Shown: one piece after another, positions 14,706 to 28,079 of the stretch
Position numbering within the stretch: the first letter of the stretch is position 1
How the letters are laid out: the number at the start of each line of letters is the position of its first letter
NCBI GenBank assembly: GCA_951406725.2
Contig: OX597818.1
Coordinates: 75,516,001 to 75,580,000 of the forward strand
Direction: 5' to 3'
Source of the DNA: Octopus vulgaris
Lineage: Eukaryota
DNA: 64,000 bases
Position numbers and translations under genes: made by a program
The notes under the pieces: model-generated
What the model was told of the DNA's origin: nothing
The model's database searches: none
What the model saw: the letters and a program-made list of their open reading frames with translations, nothing else

Positions 14706-17700
14706 GTATATATGTATATATTTGTGTGTATGTATGTATTTATGCATGCATGCATGCAAGTATGTATGTATGTATGTATGTATGTATGTATGTATGTATG
14801 TATGTATGTATGTGATTCACAAGTGTACACAAGACAGATATAGATAAGGATCAACAAACAAAGTGTATTAGTTTGACGCTTAGGGAAAATGGCAGAGTCA
14901 GACGTTTTGAGTCACATTGTGTTTCTCCGTTGTTTGTTTTGATTCTATGTTCGTATTTAGTGGTCGTCCGATATTTGAAAATGCAGAAAGTCTTTGTACG
15001 ATAGTAGTAAACAGTGAGAACGAAAGTTCAACACAACATTTGGTGGATAAATATCTAGAATTTGTAGATTTAGAATGCTACCAATGGTCTCATGAGGAAA
15101 AAGTTTCCATGTACATCCACAAAATGTAGGCATGTGTGACATGCTGTATACATTAGAATACACTTATATATAAATGTAATTATTGCCGTTGTTAAGTGTA
15201 AATGGCCAACGCAGTTTGTCCTCATGTGCGACAATATATATTTCTGTTAAATGTTCACAGTAGTTGTTCAATTATTTCTTCACGCAGACAAGAAACATAA
15301 TCATTCACCAATTCAACAAATACAATCCAACTCCTTAATGCCATGACATCGGTGACATTGATGACACCTGACATTCATCTTCACCAACAGAGTCATTGAC
15401 ATCTCGCAGCTCAAGAAAAGGCCAACTCAAGAAAAGACCGTGAAATTGAACAACCGACATTGATGTATATTGGACTCGGAAACAGCCAGCAAAAACCGTT
15501 AACGTAGACCCGACTCACTGAGCACGTGAACATCGACTCGTCACCATTATTATGACAACGATAAAAAGATCAAAGGGGACAGACGCTGTCACACACAATT
15601 CTTACCACTGCAACCCTTACCTCTTGAAGCTATGACGTTGAGAAGATTATTAGCTTTGGTACATCTTTTGTCTTGCTCAAAATATGTATCAAATCCAACA
15701 TTCAACACCAAGGAAAGTTTCCTCTCGAATGACGGTTTCGAAAGCGAATTTGATCCAGAACCTTACCGAATTCACTGTAACGACGGGTAGTTAATCTTTT
15801 CATATCCTTTCGTTTGAGTGGTTCCAACTAATTTGCATTCGGTAACATCACATAGTATTGTGGATATTTTCTCTTCCAAGACATCTAACGTAGAAACTTA
15901 CCCCCTTACTTTCATCTTTTCTACTTCCTCTAAACTAGCGAATTTTTGTAACAGAACTGAAGGCAGAATTCAGCCACTGACAGACACGTACAATAGCACT
16001 TGCATCGTTATTTTGCACGTTCAAACTTAATGGCCGAAACACTTCAACAAATTGTTCATTTATTGCATTCAACTATGTTATTGCAAGTTAACTACTTAAA
16101 TGCGAGAAAACAGCAGTTTCTTTGTCAATAGCTCACGCAATTTCTAGGAAGGCAGACCCCTCATCATGTATGCCAATCTTCAACCATAATTAACGCATTA
16201 TATTCCAGTACAGATGAATACTATCCAACAGACAGCAAACACTTTGATGATATTTCACAGGTGACTGTGAATATAGGGTACATCAAGGGTGCTGAAAACT
16301 TTCTTCGGTAGAAATAACAGCTAACATGGACCAGACAGTTGTATTCGGCGGCCCAGCAAAAGCCGGCAACACAATAACGAATTGCAACCAAACATGACTT
16401 CGCAAAGGAGATTCTGACAAACTTCTGTGCATGTTTTTGTTTACTTTTCATTTCGCTTTTATTAAAACTGGAAAAGGTTGTCTTGCCCTGCAAACGTCAT
16501 TCATTCACAAACACGTTGCAGCAAACATGTCCAAAGTTCACGAATGTTTCTGCAGACTTCATTTGCAATCAATTTCACACACGCATGCATATTTCATGGT
16601 GTTCCATATTTCTGGAGGATTATACACCACCTTTGCATTTATATTACTCGATGATCTCGTAACCTTCTTTTTTAAAAGTTGCTTTCTCTATTTGCCTGTG
16701 TTTCTCACAATTATGCTTTGAGAAAACAATGTTTTATTTGATTTCACTTTGTTACACGCCTTTTTGCTTTTGTATTTTGTATTTCAATATTTACCTTGAT
16801 TGCTGCATGGCCATTTAGTTTTAAAATTTAGACTTTACTCAAGTATACATGTACTATTCTCTTTTTATTGCTTCGCTTTTTTTACATTATGCAATAAGCT
16901 GGAAAGGGACAACTATAGCGGTATTTCGAAACGCGAACCGGTCAGACACCATGACCGAACCACCATAGTTTCATGTAATCGGTCAATTAAACAACCAATC
17001 AGCGTGATTTAGTCTCCTAGAATCTTCTACTTGTACCCTATTTTAAAAAACTGTTTTAGCGCTTAAACTCTTTGCAGAACGTTGAAGATGGTCGACTGAT
17101 TCACACGTCGCACTTCTTGTCATGCAAAGAGCTAAAAGGCGCGGTGAGCAATATGCGCTTCCATTCTTGCCATCAGGCAGTTCAACCCCAGGTTCTAGGA
17201 CAGACTGAACTAAATATTTACACAATGTCTCAGTAACTTCGAACGCGGCAGGTTTTTCCTTCCCCTCCAGTCTGTAATTATTTCCATTCTTAACTATAAA
17301 TGGACAACACAGTTTGTTGTTATGTGCAACCATAAATACTTCTGTTAAATGTTCGCGGCTGTTCTTCAGTTATTTCTTCACGCAGCTAAGAAACATATTT
17401 TCAATCACAAACTCAACCACGGTACAGTTTTCTGTACCAACAATCATAGCGACATTAACGAAACGTAAAAGAAGCAGTTATCTCACACACACACACACAC
17501 ATACTCTCACTCAATCTCTCTCCCTCTCTCTTTCTCTCCCCCTCTCTAGCTCTCTCACTTTCTCTCCCTCTTTCTCTCTCTCTCTCTCACATACACTGAC
17601 TCTCTCTTTCCCTCTCCCGCTCCTTCCATCTCCCTCCCTCACTTTCCCTCTCTCTTTCTCTTCCCCTCTATCTCTCTCACTTTTCTCCCTCTTTCTCTCT

Positions 17701-17841
17701 CATACAAACACACTCTCTTTCTCTCTTCCTCTTTCTTTCTCTCTCTCTCACACACAGACACTGACTCTCTCTTTCCCTGTCCCGCTCCTACCTTCTCCCT
17801 CCCTCTCCCTCTCTCTCTCACTTTCTTTCCCCTCTCTCTCG

Positions 17842-17874
<33 letters not shown>

Positions 17875-18532
17875 ACACTCTCTCACACACACACACACAC
17901 ACACACATACACACACACACACATACTTTATATACATGTCTATTTTGTCCCTATTTTTCAGTGTCTGTGTATAAGAAATCCTAAATATATTTATGATTTT
18001 GTTTTTTTAATATGAAATTCGCAGCAAATGTATGAACCAATCAAGAACACAAAATTAGCTTTTACGAAAAGAATCTAAACACCGAAACCCTGATAAGTCC
18101 TTATCTAGCAATCCTGTAATTAAACAGATATTAACTATAACCATACTTTCTTATCGCTCAATTTCTAAAACTATATCACCTAAAGAATCCTTCCTTTTAA
18201 ATGTGGTTGTGTGTGTGATTTCAGGGAGACTTAGCTGATATTTCTAACAGTTCCATAATTAGATAGATTGTTTATTTAATGAGATAAGACGGATAAGTAT
18301 ATCTAAGAACATTCATGAAAAGTATATATTATTAATTAGCATGTGGTAATGTGGTAAGAAGTTTGCTTCCCGACCACATGGTTCCGGGTTCACCCACTGC
18401 GTGACACCTTGAGCTTCTACTATAGCCTCGGGGGCCGACCAAATCCTTGTGAGTGTATTTGGCTGGCAGAAACTGAAAGAAGCCTGTTGTGTGTGTGTGT
18501 GTGCGTGTGTGTATGTGTGTGTGTGCGCGTGC

Positions 18533-18619
<87 letters not shown>

Positions 18620-18935
18620 CGTGTGTGTGTGTGTGTGTGTGTATAACCAGTGCTGGCGTGTTTACGTCCCCGTAGCGGTTCAGCAAAATGACCGATAGAA
18701 TAAGTACCAATAATAAGTAAAATAATAAGAACAAGGGACGATTCGTTCGACTAAAATTCTTTAAGGCGATGCCCCAGCATGGTCGCGGTGTAATGACTGA
18801 AACAAGTAAAAGAAAATTAAAAAATATTACATAGATCGGAAACTTTTCAAGGGACACAACTTTATATGATAAGGGAAAGAACTCAGCAATATTAGTAGGG
18901 GAGATAACAAATGAAGGCGCTTACTGCAAAAATAC

Positions 18936-19452
18936 TACGGTAAATCCTTGAGTATAATCTGCATTTTTACCCCAAAATTTAAAGGTCAAAATCCCTAGTG
19001 CGTACTATATACGAGGTTAAAAATGAAAAATATTTTCTAAGCAATGTTCGAGTCTCTATTTGCTGTCCGGCAATGTTTATTCAGACGCATTTTGTGATGT
19101 CGGACGCGAAATTACCTTAAGCTAAGCCTGAAAGCAATGAAGAATCATCCATAACTTGCAGTAAGCAACATTTATTAAAATAAAAGTATTCAGAACACAG
19201 AATAGCATGTAACAAAAACAATTTGCAAACATATTTGCATTCCCATATAACAGTTAAGAACATCACCATTATTGTATTACGCATGCACGGAAGTGTTTGT
19301 TCGACTAGGTGCTGCTGGCTTAATTACGCACGACTCAAGTTAGAGAAGGGGTGAGTATTATATACAAGATTTAGGTTTTTCAGAGGTACAGCCCCCTAAA
19401 AATCCCCGGCGTATTATACTCAAGGGTGGGCTATTCTCGAGGATTTACGGTA
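18936..19452. mobile_element. Non-autonomous TA-target MITE (pogo/Tigger-like termini), copy 1
   Basis: TIR tacggtaaatccttgagtata / tattctcgaggatttacggta; homologous over most of its length to 54154-54670 in opposite orientation. Confidence 0.85.
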
Positions 19453-19684
19453 ATCGCAATTTTATAATAATATTCCGTTCTACAGAAGGCACAAAGCCTG
19501 AAATTTGTGGGGAGGGGACTAGTCGATTACATCAACCTCAATGTTTCACTGGTACTTAATTTATCGACTATGAAAGCATAAAAAGCAATATCGAACACGG
19601 CGGAACACGAAGACAGACGAAATGCCGCTAAGCATTTCGCCCGGCGTGCTTAACGGTTCCGCCAGCACGCTGTCATAAGTAATA

Positions 19685-20035
19685 TTACCTCCGCCGTAGC
19701 GAAAGCGGAGGTATTGTTTTCAGTCGTGTTTGTTTGTTTGTTTGTTTGTCCGTAGACAAGATATCTCAAGAACCGCTGGATGGATTCGGATGAAGCTTTC
19801 AGGGATGTTTGGCCTCCTGATTGGTACGAACTGATTAGATTTGGGGATTGATCCGATACCGGACAAGGATTCTGGATTATTTTCCCTGTTTTTATTTTTT
19901 TTACTTAATTTTTGTGAGAATATTCTCGTTTGTGAGAGCAGTTGAGTTTATTTCAGATATTCTCATTTTAAAAATCATCTCTAGCTAATCGTTGAGAGGA
20001 CGTTGTGTTGCCTTGGCGGAGGTTTGTGATCTTAG
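19685..20035 (+). mobile_element. Helentron-associated non-autonomous element (HINE/DINE-like)
   Basis: ttacctccgcc...gcggaggt 5' hairpin, (GTTT)n tract, atctcaagaaccgctggatggattcggatgaa core, 3' ccttggcggaggt complementary to the 5' subterminal repeat. Confidence 0.7.
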
Positions 20036-20419
20036 AGTACCTTTGTTATCATTATTGTGATTAATAAAGAAATCATTATTATTGTTGTTATCATAAAGAA
20101 AGTATTATTTTTATTTTTATTATTATTGCCATCAAAATGACACTGAGAAAAATATACGAAGCCCAGTTTACGCATCATGACTACCCGTCTGATAAGAGTA
20201 CACCAGGTACATGCATCACAACCATAACCATACGTGTGCGACATGGTGATCTCATATCAAGATAAACAGCGCATGACCTTGCAGGTGAGGTCCATTTAGA
20301 ATTTTCTTCAAGTCGAGTAGCCCCTCCCGCTCAGTGCTCAACTGGTACTTAATTTATCGAACCTGAAAGTATGAAAGATGACCACGGCGGAATTTCAACT
20401 CAGAACGTAAAGATATAAT

Positions 20420-21780
20420 CTTTTCTTTATTGGCCACAAGGGCCGAACACAAAACAAAAAAGTCGATACAAAACAAGGGTTAAGTGTGGCTTAGCACAAA
20501 AACACGTATGAACAATAAGAACAATTACAACAAAATTTAAACAATAGAATTCCTCCAAAACGAGTCCAGCAAAGAGCAACAAAGGGAACTCACACATCCT
20601 GGTCACTCCGATCGCTAAAGGCACCCCAGGCAGGTACGCCTTTTCTCTTCATCCTCTCCGACCTACAGGTGCATGTTCAATGCAGGTGCATTCACACTGG
20701 CCATCCTCGCTACATTCACCCACCTTTCAACAAAAATATTGGGAGGGGGGGCCATTTCTCTCTCCACTCACACTTTCCTTTTCAAGTGGGACTTGAAAAA
20801 GTCTAATAGGAAAGTATCTGTCTTCAGTCCTTTCAAACTCATCCACCACATTGACTCTTTCGCCATAGCCACCTAGCAGAAGAAAACTGCCTGCCATTTC
20901 CGGACAAAAGGAAGTGATGGAGAGCGATCCTCATGATGGACTCAACCGATAACCGGATTCAACCCACACGCAGCAAGTCACCCGGACACAGGGTGAGTAT
21001 ATGCAGAATGGCTTCATCGTTCTGTGCCCATCTCGGACAGGTCCGTCAGACAGCACTTCAGTGCCTATAGAGTTGTCTCGAACTGGCAGCACTGCCAGGT
21101 CAGGGATTCAGGCCAGAGAGTCCTTCGGGAAAGACCAGCTAATTGATTTCCCCCGACACCCAGACGTTTTCCCGATGACGCCGTCGCATTTGCCTGTCAC
21201 TAATCCCTTATAGAAGACAAATGTGAAACTTCCACCGACCGCATTGCGCAACAGGTAGAGGGCTGTGAGCGCTTGACGACATTTCATGTGCCAAGCACCC
21301 TTCTCGGTATACGCTTGATCCAGGACTGTAGCTCCGTCACTGAGACCAGCTGTGGAAAATCCTGTCTGACAAACTACACCTGCTCACCGTCGACGAAACA
21401 CTAGAATTGTTGCAGTCTTAGCGCATGTCTGCACATCATTAGCCAAGGCATGCCCAGTCCTCCACACAGCGGCTGCTTATAGCGGAACGCATCCCTTCCA
21501 TAGATAGCGGAACAGCAAACGCTCCAGCTTGATCAGGAACGAAGGAGAGCAAGAGAAGGCGGTCAGGTGGTAGTAGATGACGAATGTAATGTACGCATTC
21601 GCCACTTCCGTCCGACCCTTCAGGAAAGCTTTCTTTCTGTTCATTTCTGGGTGAGACTAGCCACCCCGCTCGTCACCTTCCCCTAGATCTTATCTGCCTG
21701 AAGGTCCAGACCAAACCAGGTCCCGAGCAATTTAACCGGTGTTTCCGCTCAGTACCCTACGATGCTATCGGTCGGCATGG
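20420..21780 (-). mobile_element. Decayed Tx1/L1-clade LINE 3' fragment
   Basis: Minus-strand translation fragments KLLGTWFG (RT C-terminal YLG motif), FLKGRTEVANAYITFVIYY, CGGLGMPW; ends in AATAAA plus an A-rich tail near 20420. Confidence 0.75.
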
Positions 21781-23505
21781 GGGATAAGTCGATTACATTG
21801 ACCTCAGTGTGTAACTGGTACTTTATTCAATCACCCCTGAAATGATGAAAGGCAAAGTCTACCCCGTCGGTATTTGAGCTCAGAGCACAAAGACGGACAA
21901 AATGCCGCTAAACATAAAATGCCCAGCGTGCTAACGATTCTGCCAGCTCGCCGCCTTCAGAAATGTAAAATAATCGTGTGGTCATTCTCACATTCATACA
22001 CAGGCTACCGAATATTGAGTACTACCAACAACGATTTAATAACCAAACCCACTAAAACTTCATCCAATAGGCCAATTCCTGTTATTCTCTAATGCTATTG
22101 CTTTGCCTTGGGTCCGCAACTTTTTGACGGAGTCTTATGGACGCTATTGTGATACACAGCTTGCCTTGGACACCTTTAGATGTAGAGGAGCCCATCCCTC
22201 TCTAAGTCTGACAACATACAGACAGAAAAGGAAGCAGAAGAATTGATTCGTGCTTTATCGATCCCGAAAGGATGAAAATCAAAATTGGCATCGACGGAAT
22301 TTTAACTCAGAGCGAAGAAACTCGGAACGATTACTGAAAATTAATCAATCCGACGCTCTGTCTTTCAGCTAAATTAAGTATTCATTAAATTCATTAATAT
22401 TCATTCATCACCCACGCTAATAATCATAAATCAAATTGATAGCTTGATCTTTCGCTGATCAACCCTATTGATCTGCGATTAAGGGAGTCATTTTATAACA
22501 ACCTCAATAATTGACTGATACTTTATTTGACCGACCCTGGAACAAATGTCAAGCGAAACTAACTTCGAGATGTAAAGGGTTATAACAAAATATTGTAAAC
22601 CATTTCATCCGTTACTCTAACGACTCTGCCAAACCACTGCCTTTGATATTCATTAGTTGATTGATCTCTGTCGTTCGACAATGAGGATGCAGTTGGTCGA
22701 CCAACTGAATTAACTGCTCCTCAATTGATGTGTACAAGCTGAGTATTCCACAGACGTCATTCTTGAGCAGAATCAGCATGGCCAGTCTGTACCTTTTGAA
22801 TTACAGGTGCAATCCAGCCGATGGGCTTCAACACAGTTTCCATTAACCCAATTTCACTCGCAAGATATGGGTTGACACGAGGTTATAGAAAATCACATTT
22901 GAACGAAATACCACGCAACGAGATCGACCCCAATACTTAGGGGCTGCGAAGCGAACTTCTTAACCATTACGCCATACTGCAATCTACACACTGCCATTAT
23001 CATCATCATTATCTCCATCACTACTGTCATCATCACCAACACTAATCACCAACTTCATTATCACCATCACCATCTATTTATTGTCTAGTTTTCTATGTTA
23101 GCGTAGGTCGAACATGTCTGCTACGCGTGCAGATGAGAATAACTACACACACGTCAATATGTACACACACAACTCAAGTGTGCTCATACACAATTCGTGT
23201 GTGAATACAGATTCTTTAAAAAAAATTTAGGATTTCAATTCTTTTGCTACTCTCAATCATTAGATTGCGCCTGTGCTGGAGTATCCCTCAAGGGGTTTTT
23301 GTTTGTTTGTTTCTTAATTCATTTCATCATTCAGCTAACAAGAATACTGAAAACTTTGATGCAAGGGGAGATAACTCTGCCTCACATAAACATCACAGGC
23401 CATTTCTTTGAATTTATTAGATAGCAGTGAATGCGTGAGTGTAAGTGTTCGAGAGAGATGGGGAGAGAGATGGGGAGAGAGAGAGAGAGAGAGAGAAGAA
23501 CAGAC

Positions 23506-23590
<85 letters not shown>

Positions 23591-23592
23591 AA

Positions 23593-23890
23593 GCACGTAG
23601 CCTAATGGTTAGGGCGTTGCACTCACGATCGCAAGATCGTGGTTTCGATTCCCAAACTAGTGTTGCATTGTGTTCTTGGGCAAGATACTTCGTTTTACGT
23701 TGTTTTAGTTCACTTACCGGCAAATGGGTAACCCTGCGAGACGGACTGGCGTTCCCTTCAGGGGTAATGTTGGCCTGCCCTTCTTCCCTGTTGTGTGATC
23801 TCAAACAAAAGCTAAAACAATGCGAGGAAGCGTATTGTGACCAGCGGTGTCTAACATCCGATAATCTGATCAATAAAAAAGATAGTGATG
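23593..23890 (+). mobile_element. tRNA-derived SINE with CORE-like segment and the same 3' tail as family D
   Basis: gtagcctaatggttagg A box, ggtttcgattccc B box, gttcttgggcaagatactt, tail aagctaaaacaatgcgagg..attgtgaccagcg. Confidence 0.75.
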
Positions 23891-24626
23891 TTTAATAGCA
23901 CAAGGCCAACACTTTCAAGCAGAGGATCTTAGTTGACAGTATTTAACTACAGTATTTTATTGACACCAGAGGAACGAAAACCAAAGTTGACCCACGTGGG
24001 ATTTGAACTCAGAATGTAATGAGTAAAAAGAAACACCAGAAGGTATTTTGTTCATCACAAATAATTCTGCCAATCTGCTACATTTTCATCAATAAATGTT
24101 TCTAAATTTGTCTCAAAATCAGCAATTTTTGGAGATGGTCATCAAACCTAGTATTTAATTTGGTACTTTATTTTATCAACCCTGGAGGAACAAAAAGGAA
24201 AGTTACCTTGGCAAGATTTGACTCATAAAATAAAGAACTGAAATAAATATTAAATGACATTTTGTTCAATGCACCAATGAATACTAATCCACTGTAATTG
24301 TGTCCATAAATAAATGGTTTCTAATTTAGGACAAGGTTGGTAATCTTGAGGGAAAGGAGAGTACTCAGTACCACTGACTCCATGCCAGTGTAACATAAAA
24401 TGCACTTGTGCCAGTGACATCTATATAAACCCATGCCAGCATCGAAAACGGACATTAAACAATAAAGATGATGATGATCTGAAAAGGATAAAAACCAAAT
24501 GACTGCAACTAGATTTGAACTCAGAACATCGGGAATGGGAAGAAATACTGCTAAAGTATTTTGTCACACTTGCTAACAATTCTGTCATTTCATCACCTTA
24601 ATTGTTTCAAATCTTAGCCAGCAATT

Positions 24627-24851
24627 TTAACCCTTTCGTTATCAACCCGGCTGAAACCGTTTGTCTCTGTAGTACAAATGTCTTGTTTTCATAAGTTTAG
24701 AATTAAAATCTTCCAACAAACCTTATTCACAATTTATGTTCCTAACACTAGCTTAATGATAACTAAGTTATTTTACTAAATTCTTTGTCATATTTAAAGT
24801 AATTGAAAGAAACAGAGAATCTCAAAATAAATACAGTAATGAAAGGGTTAA
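24627..24851. mobile_element. piggyBac-type MITE (about 217 bp)
   Basis: TTAA|ccctttcgtta ... taatgaaaggg|TTAA: TTAA target duplication and CCC/GGG termini. Confidence 0.85.
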
Positions 24852-25963
24852 GGGAAAGGCTCAATCACTTAAATCAACCCCAATACTTAATTAGGATTTT
24901 ATTTTATCAACTGCAGAAAGGATGAAAAGCACTCTTGATCAGGATTTGGACTCAAAACACAAAGAATCAGAAGAAATACTGCAAATCATTGGTCAAACAC
25001 AAACAATTCTGCCAGCTTGCTGTTTTCAAAACTTTGTAATTTGTGTCCAAAACTTCATAATTTTTCAATCAATAAAACTCATTTCTTGAAGTAATTTATG
25101 AATGAACAACAATAATGGCTGGAAATTTTGGCACAAAGCCAACAGTTTTGGGAAAGGGGTAAGTCGATTACATCAACCCCCAGTGCTCAACTGGTACTTA
25201 TTTTATCAACTCCAAAAGGATGAAAGGCAAAATCAGCCCTGGCAGCATTTGAACTCAGAACGTAAAGACAGACAAAATGCCGCTTGGCATTTTACCAGGC
25301 TTGCTAATGGTTCTGCCACCTCACCACTTTTGGCTGAACAACAATAGTAATGTGCACACACATGCACACGCACACACACATGAATATGCAAAATACATAA
25401 ATACACACACACAAGCATGTGCACACTGACACACACACACACACACACAAACATGCAAAAAATCTCAAACAGACAAACAAATGCACCCTCTATAACAGAG
25501 TCAATAGTCACTGAGGTTGCAAAAGAGCAATGAAAGAGCTTTGACAAAAAAAAACGGATATTTAATAAATGGGTCGAATTGAACCAGTCTGTGTTAATTA
25601 TATTGGCATGATGACTCTCCTGAGACATAACAAAATTTGCTTCAATACACGAATTCACGTAAAGAATCTTGAAAACCAGATACAAAAACAAAGTAATTAA
25701 AATTAAACATCCTTTATTAAATTTTGTCTCAAATATAATAATGCACATTAATGCAGGAGACTCCGGTGTAGAAAGTCATCAAAAAATATTTTGGGATCTA
25801 TAAATTATATCTTGTAATTCTAGTTAGCAAGTGTTTATGCAAAGCGATGTATGTAACAGATTTGAAATATATTGAAACATCGATCAGGAGATGGAAAGTA
25901 TCCTGCTCTTCTATTGGCCCAGTAAGAAAATTATAATTTTGTGTACCATGTATGCATGCATGC

Positions 25964-25995
<32 letters not shown>

Positions 25996-26926
25996 CTGTG
26001 TCTCTGTGTGTGTGTGCATGCGTGTGTGTGTGTGTGTGTGTGTGTGTTTTGCTTGTTTTGATTTTATTTCCAGAAGTCTGTAATATTCAAAACTTGTTAT
26101 GAGGCAGTTTGGGTAAAGCTTTTGAGGTGAAAATTCTTTATTTTCGTTTTTATTTATTTCCTCACCGTTATGAAAAATCACTGTGTGCTTGTATATGTTT
26201 GAGTATGTCTGTGCGTATATGTTTGAGTATGTCTGTGTGTATAAATATGTATGTATGCACACACACACACACACACACACAGGTATTATAGTTCATTAAG
26301 ACCAGTCCAGTAGCCACCTGTTACGCAGTTTCTAAAGCATCCAACCACAAACTGTGTTTATTCTATCTAATATTGGTTCACGGATATTATATAAACTCTG
26401 CTTGTATATACATATATACATATGTATATATTCATAGATATATAAACAGTTAATAAACCTATATTTGGGAAAAGAGCTGGCTGTCGGAAATAGAAGGCAT
26501 ATAACCACACTGTGTTGTAGATGTGTGTTGATGAAAATTCTGTGTTGTGGCCTCTAGCAGGATATTTGAAGTCAATGTGATCTGACCATTTGGCAAGTAG
26601 CTGCTTGATTAAATACGAGATAAAGTATGATATAGGAAATATAGGAGGAAAAATTAAAAGCAAAACCCACAACGAGAAGGAAAAAAACTAACAATTTGCG
26701 TACTTCCTGAGACCATCAGCAAGCCAATCTGGCTGAACAATTTTTTTTATCTTCCAATTTTTTTTTTATTGTTCAAACTATCTGAAGAAGTGACTGCATA
26801 CCTAAGAAACTCCTATGTAAGAGGCCACCGGACAGACCTTAAACTATTGTACTCTATATTTATCTACAACACAGTGTGGTTATATGCTGCCTATTTCTGA
26901 CAGCCAGCTGTTTTCCCAAATGTAGG

Positions 26927-26963
<37 letters not shown>

Positions 26964-27017
26964 AAAATTAAAATTGTTTTTTCTTAAAAAAAACTTTCCT
27001 AGCAATATTTGGGGAAA

Positions 27018-27542
27018 TTATGCTTCTTCCTTGTCAACATGTACCAAAACTCGATGCCAAGCATTACTTAGGACTCCTCTCAAATTCCATATTCCTTCAA
27101 CAGAATCAGGTTGTGTGTTATAAGAAATATCAGTTGCTTTGCACACAAGATTCAATGAACCATTGTGGTCTTTTGGGACTTCAACAGTTGCTGACCATAA
27201 AGTCCATGCATATGTACGGTATAGGGACTGCTTTGCTGTCTGTAGGGATGCAGTTTGCCAAGTCTTTCCACCGTCAACAGAAATATCTACACGTATTATT
27301 CCACGACCACCACCACTCCAAGCATAACCTTGTATTTCAATCTCTTCATCATCTTCGTTAATATGGCTACCTTGGGAAGGGTTAGAGATCACAGACTGTA
27401 CAGGAAATTGTTGAATAGATTCTGCAGAATCAAAATCAACATTATGCCAATCAACTGAAGAGTTAAACCCTTTGTAATCTCGACGTTGCCAATGACTGGT
27501 ACTTTCTTCAGAACTGAGTATGATCTTTTTCAGCCATTTCAC
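27018..27542 (-). CDS. SUOX: Sulfite oxidase, coding exon 3 (dimerisation domain, stop codon)
   Basis: Polypyrimidine tract plus ctttcag|GTG; completes the conserved GARQ-VKWL; WQRRDYKGF, GYAWSGGGRGIIRVDISVDGGKTW, YAWTLW, IWNLRGVLSNAWHRV; TAA at 27020-27018. Confidence 0.97.
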   Translation of the reverse strand: MKWLKKIILSSEESTSHWQRRDYKGFNSSVDWHNVDFDSAESIQQFPVQSVISNPSQGSHINEDDEEIEIQGYAWSGGGRGIIRVDISVDGGKTWQTASLQTAKQSLYRTYAWTLWSATVEVPKDHNGSLNLVCKATDISYNTQPDSVEGIWNLRGVLSNAWHRVLVHVDKEEA

Positions 27543-27767
27543 CTGAAAGCAAGAGAAAAAAAGGATTTTTTAAAATTAAACATAGGAGGCACATACATGG
27601 TTGTGTGGTACAGAAGTTTGCATCCCAACCACGTGATTTCAGGTTCAGTCTGACTGTACAGCACTTGAGATTATTTTCAACTATAGCTGTGGGCCAAGCT
27701 AAGTCATGTGAGTGCTATTGGTAGACAAAAGGTGTGTGGAAGACAGACAGAGAGACAGATAAATAGA

Positions 27768-27803
<36 letters not shown>

Positions 27804-28020
27804 CACTATTATGTAATTCAAACAATGATAGACATAAACCAAATCATAAAGAAAAAATAAAATATATTATAAAACATAACTAGATCACCTGGTCCTACTT
27901 TTTAAGTTTCAATTTTAATTAACGGAGTTTCTTCTATAAGAACAATCATGATTTTATATCTTTAAGAAATATTGTTTAATTCTATTTGATTATTTATTTA
28001 ACTATTATTGTTATTATTAT

Positions 28021-28079
28021 TGACCTGAGGAGTGACTATACTTATGAATTTAGGTCATAGCCACGAAACGTATGTAGTC
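28021..28079 (+). ncRNA. Minimal type-I hammerhead ribozyme motif in a Penelope-like repeat
   Basis: gac-CTGAGGA-gtgactat..atagccac-GAAAC-gtatGT-A-gtc: core, stem II with one mismatch, quasi-palindromic stem III, stem I gac/gtc. Confidence 0.65.

Noticed and set aside
15176-17396. Alternative genetic code (TAA/TAG read-through) suggested by stops at equivalent positions in the duplicated units
   Set aside because: The same frames also contain TGA stops and frameshifts; shared ancestry of one nonsense mutation or a wrong frame explains it more simply
17314-18015. 233-aa ORF
   Set aside because: Mostly (CT)n/(CA)n low-complexity sequence
23593-23670. tRNA genes (also about 760-830, 40340-40400, 56830-56903)
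   Set aside because: A and B boxes are present but the acceptor stems do not close and each continues into a SINE body
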